Shown here in pieces: positions 35,401-46,592 of a stretch of DNA of 64,000 nt. The notes below the pieces were generated by a model. The model saw only the letters and a list, made by a program, of their open reading frames with translations. It had not been told where the DNA came from and searched no databases. The DNA comes from Takakia lepidozioides (taxonomy: Eukaryota; Plantae; Bryophyta): contig CM060734.1 in assembly GCA_030704615.1 (NCBI GenBank), forward strand, positions 17,298,001-17,362,000. The letters are read 5' to 3'. The translations under genes and the position numbers were made by a program. Each line of letters opens with the position of its first letter. Within the stretch, counting starts at the first letter, position 1.

Positions 35401-38400
35401 CAGCCAGTCTAGGGACTTAGCCCGAAAATGGCTAAGTCCTTGAACGGCAATAGGCCTGGAACTGGAAAGGCGCCGAATTTCCAGTTCGGGCCAGCCAGTC
35501 TAGGGACTTAGCCCGAAAATGGCTAAGTCCCTGGACGGCAATAGGGCCTAGAACTGGAAAACGGCGCCGAATTTCCAGTTGCGGGCCAGCCACACTAGGG
35601 ACTTAGGCCGAAAATGGCTAAGTCCCTGAACGGCAATAGGCCTAAAACTGGAATATGGCGCCGAATTTCCACTTCAGGGCCTCTAACTTAGGCCGAAAAT
35701 GCTAAGTCCCTGAACGGCAATAGGGCTGGAACTGGAAAATGGCGCCGAATTTCCAGTTCCGGGCCAGCCAGTCTAGGGACTTAGCCATTTTCGGAGCCCT
35801 GACTGGAAATTCGGCGCCATTTTCCCTAACACCACTTGAGGCCTCTAACATCCTGAAATGCCAGGACTTGAAAGAAAGGCAGCGCGTATGTACCTGTACA
35901 GAAGGCGCATTGCTGCTTGTCCGCGTTCGGCTGGTCGGTGAACTCGTGGCTCCGGCGAGCATCTGCTATCTCCCGAAAGAATAGGTTGGTTTTGTAGAGC
36001 AGAAAGTACCTCGTCACATAGTCACGTAGGCTCTCTGCTGCGCAGGAGATATCTCCATCTTGAACTGATGTGCTTGTGTCCAGCTGCTCTTGCGCATTCG
36101 TCGTCACCTGTGGAGATTGTCCATCAGATCGCTTTCCTCAAAAAATACAATGAATCCACCCCTACTAGAGTAGAAGCCCCAAACGAAGCGTGGGGAAGTA
36201 CCTGAAACCACCATGTCATGCGGTTCATCCACATGTCGAATGTGGGGTCAGAGAGTTTGTCCGGTTTGGGGAAGCTCCACATGTCCCTGGTACTTTGGGA
36301 ACCATTCCAGATTTGGAGCCACCGGGTCTGTCCAACCACCCAGCATATTCGTAAGCGCCAAACACCACAAAAAGGAGTTGTTGCCACCACAATTTTGTTA
36401 AGAATGTATCACCTTTTCTGTTGCATCCACACAGGATGTGGCTAGACGATGGAGCTTCTCCAATGTCATCGTGGGCTTCAGAGCGCGAGAGTAGTGCTTC
36501 CCACCTCCACCAGAAAGTCGGCACCAAGGGCGGGATCAGCTATGGCCACGTACTTTACCATCCGACTTGTACTTTATGCGGGCCCTCACCTCCGCAGCTT
36601 TGACATACGATTCGAGTTCCGGGAGGGTTGATTCTTCTCCTCTGACTCCATGTAGAACCTCCGCGCATGTGCCAAATCCTGCTGTATTTTCGTCTGTCAA
36701 GAATGCGCACATAAGATTAGAGATCCTGCTCAACACAATTTCTTCTATTGGGGGAGGAGAGACAGACATTAGCTCAACAAAACTGTCAGGAGCTTTACCC
36801 GAAATATGTAGTCCACCATGGCGTCGACGCTCAGCCTATACCAGGTTCTGTCTGCCTTTGCCTCCGACTTGCGCAGGAGGTCGGCACTGAGGGAATTGGC
36901 AACTCTTGCACCCCCTGCTTCCCGACATCCTTCACTCGGAAAGAGCATATGGGACAAGTTGGTGGCAATGAAGGCATTCTCAGTCACCCTGCAGTGCCAC
37001 ATTTCCATCAAACAATACTGAAATGGGAATTTTCATCATATATGAGGATTCGCAATGAAATGACTTCCAAATTCAAAGTCCAAAAGCGAGAGGGGTTGTA
37101 GCTTACGAGTTGATGTCGGCCATTGCAGCTTTGAGAAGACTGCGATCTTTGGGCCCCGCAACCTTCAGCACAACACAATCGACGGCGAAATGCCAATCGA
37201 GATCGTTGGGGTGGGCTTGGGCAATGTGCTCCATCCATGCCAGGAGGCGATGATTGCCGTCCCACAAGTAGAACATCTTACCGGACATGTGCTGGAAAAG
37301 AGGATCACTAGCAATCGATCTCTCGAACTCCTCATTTCGCGTTTGCCAATGGGACCCCATTTGTCCACCTCATCGGAAGTGTGGGCACGGGAAGCTCCGT
37401 GGTCGTTCTCAATGGAAACGTAAAAGGCGGCAGACCCCATTCGATATCCATCCCGGAAAGAGAATTTCAGCTTGTCGATATCGCCTGGGAGGGCAGGTCT
37501 CACCACCTGCAATGACACCAAGCGCGCAAAGGGGAATTCGAAGCTTGGCCGGGTACACCATGCCCCCCAGCACCCTGCCAATGTTGCTGTGGGTTGCCTC
37601 CAACATCTTGGCAGCGGCCAACTTCATATCCGCCTCAGACATGACGTCTGCTGCAGAGGGGTTTTCCGGCAGCCCACCAGGACCGCCAAATCCAGCCTGT
37701 ATGCTCCGGGTTTGGGGCCTGGGGATGTCCGGGAGGATGTCATCCTGGTCAGAAACCTCCATGTCGTCCTCCTCAACAGGGTCAGCCACCTGCGAAACCA
37801 CCTCCAGCACTCTCGTCGTCTCTCTACTGGCTTCACTCGAACTTGCACAATCCGTGCTCTTTCAGGTCTTTCCTCCTCTCACTCTCCACCGTATGGGTAA
37901 TTGCGGGGCTGCTCTTGCCCGCGATGGTCTAACCGGTGTAACTGCCTCTCTGTGGTGTCTTGTAGGGATCCACCGTCTCTGTGGGTCCCTCGCTTACATT
38001 GGCATCTGTCATTTGGGCACCCCTGGCCTCTTCAGCTGCCTTTTGTCTTTCCTCCTGGCTAGCATTCTGTCTCGTCTGTTCTTTTGCCCTCTCTTTTGCC
38101 CTCTCACGGGCTTTCTGTTTCTTACTAGGGCTAGCAGCAGGGGAGCCCTCCAGGACGACCACCTTTGATTGAGGCGAACTGACACCCTCGCGCGCACTGC
38201 TCACTCCCCCCCCTCCGCAGCCCGTGACTGCTCTCTCGCCGGGGATTGCATGTGCTTAGCTTTCTTCTTTTCTTTCTTTGCGTGGGCGGGCCCTACTGCA
38301 TGTGCATGAACAACCTCCATTGCCGGATCTGCTGTCCTCATGTCCTCACGCCCTTCACCTGCCATGCCGCCTGCACCAACCTCCCCAATGCCTACTCTGT

Positions 38401-38490
38401 CGTAATCTCGTTGCAAGTCCTCCCGTCCACCAACAAAAGGTTTAATTTGCCCTCTCGCCCCAAGTTGGGCGATTCAAACATGCGATGAGT
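32495..38490 (-). pseudogene. Multi-exon gene: ParB/Sulfiredoxin-like domain plus beta-class N6-adenine/N4-cytosine DNA methyltransferase-like domain (frameshifted in this copy)
   Basis: KMFYLWDGNHRLLAW (~37230-37285). DMILLDIPDG and LLDDGGCVVV (motif IV-VI-like, ~33840-33990). RSPAFIQTLMETCSDVQGRILDLTCGTG|ASMWA..DRHVFAFEPD (motif X-I-II-like, ~33215-33450). GT-AG introns predicted at 33280-33362, 33664-33715, 34839-~35894 and ~36990-37106. Gene ends are uncertain. Confidence 0.75.
34866..35825. repeat. ~95-bp tandem repeat array (about 10 units) inside an intron of the ParB-MTase gene
   Basis: Each unit holds the hairpins GGGACTTAGC-n9-GCTAAGTCCC and AACTGGAAAATGGCGCCGAATTTCCAGTT. The last part-unit is inverted. 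Confidence 0.95.
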
Positions 38491-39289
38491 TGGAGCTGTC
38501 GATGATACAACCAGCGTGCCGGGCTCGTCGTCACTCTGTCATTGACAAAAATCGTGAAAACCAACATCGGTGCAAAAGCAGCATCGCAACAAGCAGCGCA
38601 ACCACCATAGCAACAATCATGTAGCAAAAATGAAAACATAACAAGTTTAGGAAGTATGGAGAGCCATGCAACAACAATGAAAACAAATGCAACCATTGCC
38701 TAAGAATGACATGCACAAGCAGCCTTCTCCAGAGCTGCCGGATTTGCACACGCATTGCAAACAATCTAAGGTTCACTCAACTATCTAAAGTTCACTCATA
38801 CAGCAAAGCCAGGATGAAGATGCAAAAACAAAGCGAGGTAACAAAGCGAAAGCAAAAAATAAATCGAACAAACCGAAAGCAGAAGTGGCTTGCCTGAGAG
38901 TACTCGGCTTCAGTTGGCGCAGGTTGTGAGCAAGACACTGGAATCTCCTGCTGGAGCTTCAGTTTGGCCATGCGAGAGATTGGCCGTCGTCCGTAGTACA
39001 GAGCTTTCAACTTCCGCCGCGGTCTGGATGTGAGGTCTCTCTCAGGAGAGCCACGCCCTTCAGGCGGCATAAGTCCCAGCCAAAAAGATCTCCTTTTTTG
39101 GGGTACATGCCTGGAATACCATGTTAAGCCAAGTTTAGCATGAGATTTAGGGTACGTGTCCAGGAAGCCATGCGTCGCCAGCCCGAATAATAACCGACGG
39201 CCGTCGACATTTATTGCCCAACTGCGCAATTAAATGTCGGATGAAGCCCTCCATGTCGGATGAAAATCGACGTAAACAGTCCCGGAATT

Positions 39290-41460
39290 TCCAACGTAGA
39301 GGTAATTCGGAGCGCTGCACGATGGAATTCCGGCGACGGATTTCCATCCTGCAGGTAATTCGGAGCGCAGCAGGATGGATATCCGGCGCCGAATTTCCAT
39401 CCGCGGAGGAAGGGCGGAGGTGGAAATTTCCCTCACGCAGGTAATTCGGAAGCCCGCGGATGGAAATCCGGCGCCGAATTTCCATCCGCGGAGGTAGGGC
39501 GGCGCTGGAAATTTCCCTCACGCAGGTAATTCGGAAGCGCGCGGATGGAAATCCGGCGCCGAATTTCCATCCGCGGGGGTAGGGCGGCGCTGGAAATTTC
39601 CCTCACGCAGGTAATTCGGAAGCGCGCGGATGGAAATCCAGCGCCGAATTTCCATCCGCGCAAGTAGGGCGGTGCGCCAAATTTCCCTCACGCAGGTAAT
39701 TCGGAAGCCCGCGGATCGAAATCCGGCGCCGAATTTCCATCCGCGGAGGTAGGGCGGCGCTGGAAATTTCCCTCACGCAGGTAATTCGGAAGCACGCGGA
39801 TGGAAATCCGGCGCCGAATTTCCATCCGCGGAGGTAGGGCGGCGCTGGAAATTTCCCTCACGCAGGTAATTCGGAAGCGCGCGGATGGAAATCCGGCGCC
39901 GAATTTCCATCCGCGGAGGTAGGGCGGCGCTGGAAATTTCCCTCACGCAGGTAATTCGGAAGCGCGCGGATGGAAATCCGGCGCCGAATTTCCATCCACG
40001 GAGGTAGGGCGGCGCTGGAAATTTCCCTCACGCAGGTAATTCGGAAGCGCGCGGATGGAAATCCGGCGCCGAATTTCCATCCGCGCAGGTAATTCGAATC
40101 CCGGATGCATGGAAATTCGGCGCCGAATTTCCATCCAGCAGGTAAGTGGAATCCCGGATGGATGGAGATTCGGCGCCGAATTTCCATCCAGCAGGTAAGT
40201 CGGATCGGTGTCGTATGGATATTCGGCGCCAAATTTCCATTCGCCATGTATTTCTGCGCGAGGAATTACCTTCGTGCAGGTAATTCCCATATAAGAATAA
40301 CCTTCGTGCAGGTAATTCCCAGATGAGAATTACCTTCGTGTAGATAATTATGGACGAGGAATTAACATCGATTGGAATTACCTGCAGGAAGGTAATTCTC
40401 ATCTGGGAATTACTTGCAGGAAGGTAATTCTTATATGGGAATTACCTGCACGAAGGTAATTCCTCGCGCAGAAATACATGGCGAATGGAAATTCGGCGCC
40501 GAATATCCATACGGCACAGATCCGACTTACATGCTGGATGGAAATTCGGCGCCGAATTTCCATTCATCCGGTATTCGAATTACCTGCAGGATGGAAATTC
40601 GGCGCCGAATCTCCATCCATCCGGGATTCCACTTACCTGCTGGATGGAATTTCGGCGCCGAATTTCCATTCATCCGGGATTCCAATTACCTGCAGGATGG
40701 AAATTCGGCGCCGAATCTCCATCCATCCGGGATTCCACTTACCTGCTGGATGGAAATTCGGCGCCGAATTTCCATCCGGGGGATGGTCTCTGTCGGAGAG
40801 GTGCCGCCTCTCTGCCGCTCTGTTGGATATTCGGTGCCGAATTTCCGTCCCGGGGGTTGAAATATGACGGCCAGGTGCCGACCTCTCCCTTCTCCCCGAC
40901 TGCATTGGAACGGCCCCGAATTGAAATTCGGCGCCGTTTTCCCATCTGTGGAGGTTTTTATGTCGGCCAGTTTTCGGTCTGACCCCCCGACAAGACTTCC
41001 TTTGGGGGGGCCCGGATGGAAATTCGGCGCCGAATCTCCGTCCAGGGGATGTTCTCTGTCGCACACTCGCCGGCCTCTGCGCCCGAGGCGACTTCGTCCG
41101 GGCATCCCCTGTTCGATATTCGGTGCCGAATTTCCGTCCGGGGGTTGAAATGTGACGGCCAAGTGCAGGCCACTCCCCCCTCCCCGACTGCATCCGAACC
41201 GCCCCGGATGGAAATTCGGCGCCGTTTTTCCATCTGGGGATGTTTTTATGTCGTCCAGTTTTCGGCCTGACCCCCCGACACGACTTCCTTTGGGGGGCCC
41301 GGATGGAAATTCGGCGCCGAATCTCCATCCAGGGGATGTTCTCTGTCGCACACACTCCGGCCTCTGCACCCGAGGCGACTTCATCCGGGCTTCCTCTGTT
41401 GGATATTGGGTGCCGAATTTCCATTCGGGGGTAGTAATGTGACGGCACGGTGCCGGCTTC
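39290..41460. repeat. Central repeat complex of the MULE: 85-bp tandem array (~39350-40090), large inverted repeat centred ~40360, ~285-bp repeats (~40770-41460)
   Basis: Units recur at 39521, 39606, 39691, 39776, 39861, 39946 and 40031. All parts are built on the palindrome GGATGGAAATTCGGCGCCGAATTTCCATCC. Confidence 0.95.
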
Positions 41461-41727
41461 TCCCCTTCAGCCGTCATCATCCGGACGGCCCCCCACTTTC
41501 TGACTGCATACCGTTGGCAGTTATTGCGCAAAGACGAGGGGCCGCATTCCGGAGACAAGGTTCATTAACACTCTGACTGTGGATTTTTGAGATAGTTAGC
41601 TCCCTGGATTTGGATCAGGCTTCGTCGCTCGGACAAATCGGCATCGCATTCATTCCCATCGCTGCACCCCCTTCTACCAGGGAGCTTCCCCGCACGCCAT
41701 CCTGGCAGTCTTGTGTGCACATCTCCT

Positions 41728-44700
41728 ATGGCGGAAAACCCGAGCGCTACAGTGTACTGCCCTCCTCACGAGCATAGAGCTTCATTTCCGTGCAGAGGGG
41801 ACACCTGCCGGGTGATGGAGAAATATCTGTGCGTTCGATACCACCTGAAACCGGGGTCGGTTTTTTTGGAGGAGGAAAGGAAGGACTCAAACGGCCTTGT
41901 TGTCGAGAGTATTGTTGTGCTCCACGATGATTTCGGCGATGGCAGGGAATGGCGAGTTCCACCATCGGACAGCGTCATATACAGGGCTGTTGGGGACTTC
42001 ATTTGCCCGCCAAATGCACCGTCTATCCTGGCGCCTTCCACGAAACAATCCGCGAATCAGAGAGTGGGTACCTCAAAGAGAGAAGTCCGCAACGAAGTAA
42101 ATCCAGAGCCGAACCCATCCATGAAGACGACCGAGAACCGGGTTGTTCACAACCTGTCCGACTCAGACGAGGTCATGGAAGTTCCGAGGTCGTCCTGGAG
42201 ATCAGGCAAGTCCTCAATGGACGTCAGTGGAGGAGGGAGTCATATTCCTAGCACGAGCACCGCAGTTCGATCTATTCTAGAAATTCTGCGAGGGCTTCAC
42301 TTGGAGGGACACCGGTCGGAGCTGGCCGGGCTGGACTACAGCAAGTTCGCAATTAAATCGGTTGCATGCCTTCCCGCCGACGTCGACGGTAATATCTTAT
42401 TTGAGTTCCCTCCTCGGGCGGACTACTCGAGGGCGTCCGGAATGTTGACAGATATGGATAGAAAACATGACGGTCATCCTTGGTGCGTTACCAAAACCAC
42501 CAGCATGAAGATGCTTGATGGTGTGCGGGTGCGCTACGTTGTTTGTGCGGGCGCGTTGCGGTGTTTCTCCCCAACTTGCTTCCACTTTAAATCCAGAGGT
42601 CACAGGAACGAGACCGATTGGACAGGCACAGCTCACCAACCATTTCGAGCTCAGGAGAAGGTTCCGAACTCCACATTTAAGTGTGCGCATTGCAAAGAAC
42701 CACCACACTGCATGTCTGTTTGTAATGCCAAGCAGTTCTATGTGTTGCACCATTTCCCTGACCTCACCCGAGCTTGCATACACGTTGGTTCCCATTGTCA
42801 CAAATTGGCGAGGGGGAACTCGCGGGAGGCTGCCCACGAAGCAGAGCAGCTCGTTCAGGAGGAGGTTAAGTTGAGACCGGGTGCCAAACCCAAACAGATA
42901 CAGCTCCAAGCCGCCCATAAGATGGCATTGGCCAGAATTATGTCGGAAGACGGCTCCGATAGAGTTCCTCTCGACGAGAAGGAAATGGAGGCATTGCTGG
43001 AGTCGGTGTCCCACGTATGTTCACCGAATGTCCAAACCACATTGTCTCATGCAAACAGAAAATTGGGCGTGGCTCGGATATGCACTCCATTCTGGAGGTG
43101 AAGCGACGATGTGGATATGACTACATTCATGGAAGTAGGTTTCCAGGACAAGGGACTGAGGCAGATCGTTGTTTCGTATTCAAAATGTCCACGTGTGGAC
43201 CTGGCAGTGGCGTCGAACTGGTCGACAGGATGACGAGTGGGAACTTGTCAAACAGTTGGGTCATGTTCGACCATATCAAGCGAATTACAAATCACCAGTG
43301 GGTGACAATGGGTGCACATGTCTACGACACCCACTGCAGGATGCTAATGACAATTGCTATTTGTGAGATGAAAGGAGAGGACACACAATCGGAGATGCTT
43401 CTTTGGCAGGGAATAAACGAACAGATGGCCAAGGCGGGATTGCCCCCTCCCAATTTCCGTGGTTTCATGGCGGACAACGCACAAGCAAATTGGGCTGCCA
43501 TCCGAAGGGTGTACGGGCAAGACCCCAATGTTCCCATGGAAGGCAATGAGAGATCTTGTAGGTTCCATTTTCTGCAGAGCCTTTCGCAGTACACAACCAG
43601 GCTCGTGGCGCCAGATTTCAGAGAGGAGCACCGTTCCATGTGCCTTGCGTGGAAGCGCGCTCCCACCTTGGATGATGCAGAGACACAGTTTGCATGCATA
43701 CGGGCTTGGTGGACATCGTCAGGTGCTGTAAGGAAATCAGACGAAGGAGCAATGGTCAGTTGGCTAGCATGGTGGCATTATCGTTTCCTCCAGTTCGGCG
43801 ACTATATGCGGGAGGTGAGTTGCACGAATTCGCGTCCCGTTGGATATTATTCTTGGCCATATTTGTAACTTGCTTGTAACCTGAACATATGCTTGTGCAG
43901 GAAATGTGTCTTGACTCCGACACCGACATGCCCACGACAAACATGGCCGAATCAGTGCACTCTTCCTGGCGTGCCTCCTCTGCGGCGCATCTGGTGGACA
44001 TCCTCACTGCCACAACGAGGACATTGTGAGGTCAATTATGCAGCAATGCAGGTACAACGAGTTCTTGAAAGGGAAACAGTGGGGCTTGGGGCCGGACAGG
44101 CAGGAAATGCTGATGCGGACTGCCTCCAGATCGAAGAATCCTCGGAAGTGGGCGGCGGCCTTGCGAGAGGGCCTTCGGGACACGCCATTGCTGCGAAGAG
44201 GCCAACATTTGGAAGGAGATGTTCATACCCGTCCAGTGAGACGAAGACTTGACGAGGCACCTGGCGGAGAAGAGGATTCATGGCGAGCTGACAAGAATAT
44301 TCGCACGCTCCCTCGTGGTCCGGTGATGTTGTCCGAGGAGGTCTCGTCGAGCACCGGAAGTCCTGCACGTTCAAGATCGCCATCTCCTTTGAGCACAGGG
44401 CGCGTGCCCCGGCAACATAACGAGCCATCTGTAGTAAAGCAATACAACATTCCCATTGTGGAGACAAGAGTGTCGGAGTCACAGTGGAGAATTGCGAGGA
44501 CATTGCCGGCATTTCGAGGGAAGTGTTGCGCCGTCCGGGTGGATACGAGAGCACGCTGTGGTGAGATGATTCGGAGGAACCCACACGGTGCTGTACCTGC
44601 ACCTTGTTTCAGCGGCAGATTTTTGACTCCCACATTTGCTCACGCCACAACGCAGACATTTTGGTTCTGTAGGCACGACATAATGACCTGTGTATTTGGC

Positions 44701-45318
44701 AAGCCCAAGTACGGGATTCAGGGAATGCCGGAGCCTCCGGGCGTCTGGCCTGTTGCACCGGGTTGCAGCCTCTCTCAGAATGAGGCGGATGCTCTATCTG
44801 CAGCAGGATTTCGAATGGTGCAACGCACAGACATCCCGGCCCACGCATTTCCGGTTCCTCAGACCCAGCCATTGCAGACTGCTCGGTCCACTAGAGACGG
44901 ATTGGACAATTCTGCACATCCCACAATGCGATTCGGAAGAGTGAAGAGACGACACCCTCCCAACAAGTTGAATGAGACTCGGATTGCCAATGCTCTTGGG
45001 ATGGCTTGCACTATTCAGAGCTCCGTGGACGTACCCCCACCCGGCCTTGGGTGTGTGTATCGGATGGCAACGGCCGGCTCGGCTGTACGCGACAATGTAT
45101 ACACAATTACGATTGGAGTGGAGCCGACTTGCAACTGTACGGACTTCTCGTTGATGGAAGCAAAGAAGGGTTCGAAGTATTATCCGTGCAAGCATCTGTA
45201 TTACATTTACCTGAAGAGGTTGAGGATGAACGTGACTATTGATGACTTTATTCATGCACCGGCGTTGAGCGTGAACGAGCTGCACAAACTCCTCCTTAGG
45301 GATTCCAGAAATCATTGA
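41728..45318 (+). pseudogene. MULE transposase: GCM/WRKY-like Cys/His region, DDE core, C-terminal SWIM finger (two frameshifts, one intron)
   Basis: WVMFDH (D1), FMADNAQANWAAIR (D2), CRFH (CxxH), intron 43815-43900, TNMAESVH (E) and CNC...CKH (SWIM). Confidence 0.88.
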
Positions 45319-45469
45319 TGGGGCAAACGGAATCCTCCATATGGATATTTTCAAATGCATTTTGCTGTATCAGACTTTTTTTTGCAGTGTAATGAAATGC
45401 ACCCCAAAACTCCTGGAATGAGGCAATATTCCATTCAAACTGAGATCCAACAGAAGCAGTTGTGGGGCC

Positions 45470-45835
45470 ATTTCTGGAAAAATGGCGCCGAATTTCTCTT
45501 TTTGGGGCCGAAAACTCGCTAAGTCCCAACATGCACTGGTACCTGTGTTTGGGAAAATGGCGCCGAATTTCTCTTTTTGGGGCCGAAAACTGGCTAAGTC
45601 CCAACATGCACTGGTACCGTGTCTGGAAAAATGGCGCCGAATTTCTCTTTTTTGGGCCGAAAACTGGCTAAGTCCGAACATGCACTGGAAAAATGACGCC
45701 AAATTACCTGTCATGAGGGGACCTATAGCCGCGGAATTCGGCACCATTTTTCGCTAGAGAGACCTATTGCCGCGAAATACGTCGCCATTTTTTCAGGTTA
45801 CGGACCCTATTACCGCGAAATTCGGCGCCATATTT
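45470..45835. repeat. Subterminal ~64-bp repeats sharing AAAATGGCGCCGAATTT and GGCTAAGTCC with the intronic array
   Basis: Three tandem units at ~45475-45690 plus degenerate GGCGCC-core motifs extending to ~45830. Confidence 0.9.
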
Positions 45836-46592
45836 GCACATGTCGCTGGGAATTGGCATGAGCGGAAGACGAAATATCATGAGCACAACTGTCAAAAGTG
45901 CAATTTTCCCTTCAAGGGGCCGAATAATATATTTGTTTTTTCTGACACATTGCATTAAATTATTGTTTTTTATTGTTTTTTATTTTCGAAATTTGTACTT
46001 CTGCTCATGAAAACCGATTGTGTTACTACTCTGCTCATGCCGCTCATGCCGCTCATGCCGCTCATGCTCATGAAATAGCAAACCTCCATATCCCTGCAGG
46101 CTGCTTAATCCTATTGATTAAGCCCAATCTACAATCTCTTAAGCATAAAAGATCTTAGTCGAAAGGACTGAAGCCTCTTGGTTCCTACAAGCAGATGGTT
46201 GTCAAGAGAAAACAAGAACTATTTTGAGATGATACACATTCTCACCATCTCACGTTCTCTCATAATGCACATTCCCTCCATCTCACATTCACTCTACACA
46301 GAGATACTTCGAATAGCATGGCTTTACTTCAGAGCTCATCACATCATCACAGAATCACTCTGAGTCCCTCTAAATACACATTGATCACTGATACTCATAC
46401 TGCACACCCTCTAAGTTGCGTGCAATCTTTTTATACTTTGCTCGAAAAAGCCGTTACAGCCTGCGGTCATTAATGACCGTTTGCCTAATTGCCTACGCAA
46501 CCTAAAAGGTTTGCTAAAAAGTGGCTTGTTGTAGTGGTCGTGAGCCATAGTGGTAAACGGTCCACTACTCCCTCTATTGGTTAAAGCCGATG

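Larger units (their letters stand above)
32274..46086 (+). mobile_element. 13.8-kb Mutator-like (MULE) DNA transposon carrying a ParB-methyltransferase-like cargo gene
   Basis: Imperfect TIRs GGGGGCTGCTATTTCATGAGC / GCTCATGAAATAGCAAACCTC with GCATGAGCG subterminal repeats. TSD CATATCCC (32266-32273 / 46087-46094). The empty site is visible in the sister LTR at ~18553. Confidence 0.93.

Noticed and set aside
34866-35825. CRISPR-like array (also 39350-40090 and 58540-59308)
   Set aside because: Whole units repeat with no unique spacers, there are no cas genes, and the context is eukaryotic and intronic. These are tandem repeats.
32495-38490. Bacterial/phage contamination or a restriction-modification operon
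   Set aside because: The gene has spliceosomal GT-AG introns conserved in a homologue and lies inside a TSD-flanked element nested in plant-type retrotransposons. No nuclease partner is seen.
38792-39229. Possible first exon or separate small gene upstream of the ParB-MTase gene
   Set aside because: Coding-like, but there is no homologue in the window and no canonical splice support, so it was left unannotated.
39147-41558. Many overlapping ORFs (MEIRRRISI..., WKFGAEFP...)
   Set aside because: Translations of palindromic tandem repeats on both strands, with no domain content.
41728-45318. Zisupton/KDZ or hAT assignment (8-bp TSD, SWIM)
   Set aside because: The core reads D...FMAD...CxxH...NxxES, the MULE/IS256 pattern. 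No KDZ CxC or hAT dimerisation motifs were recognised.
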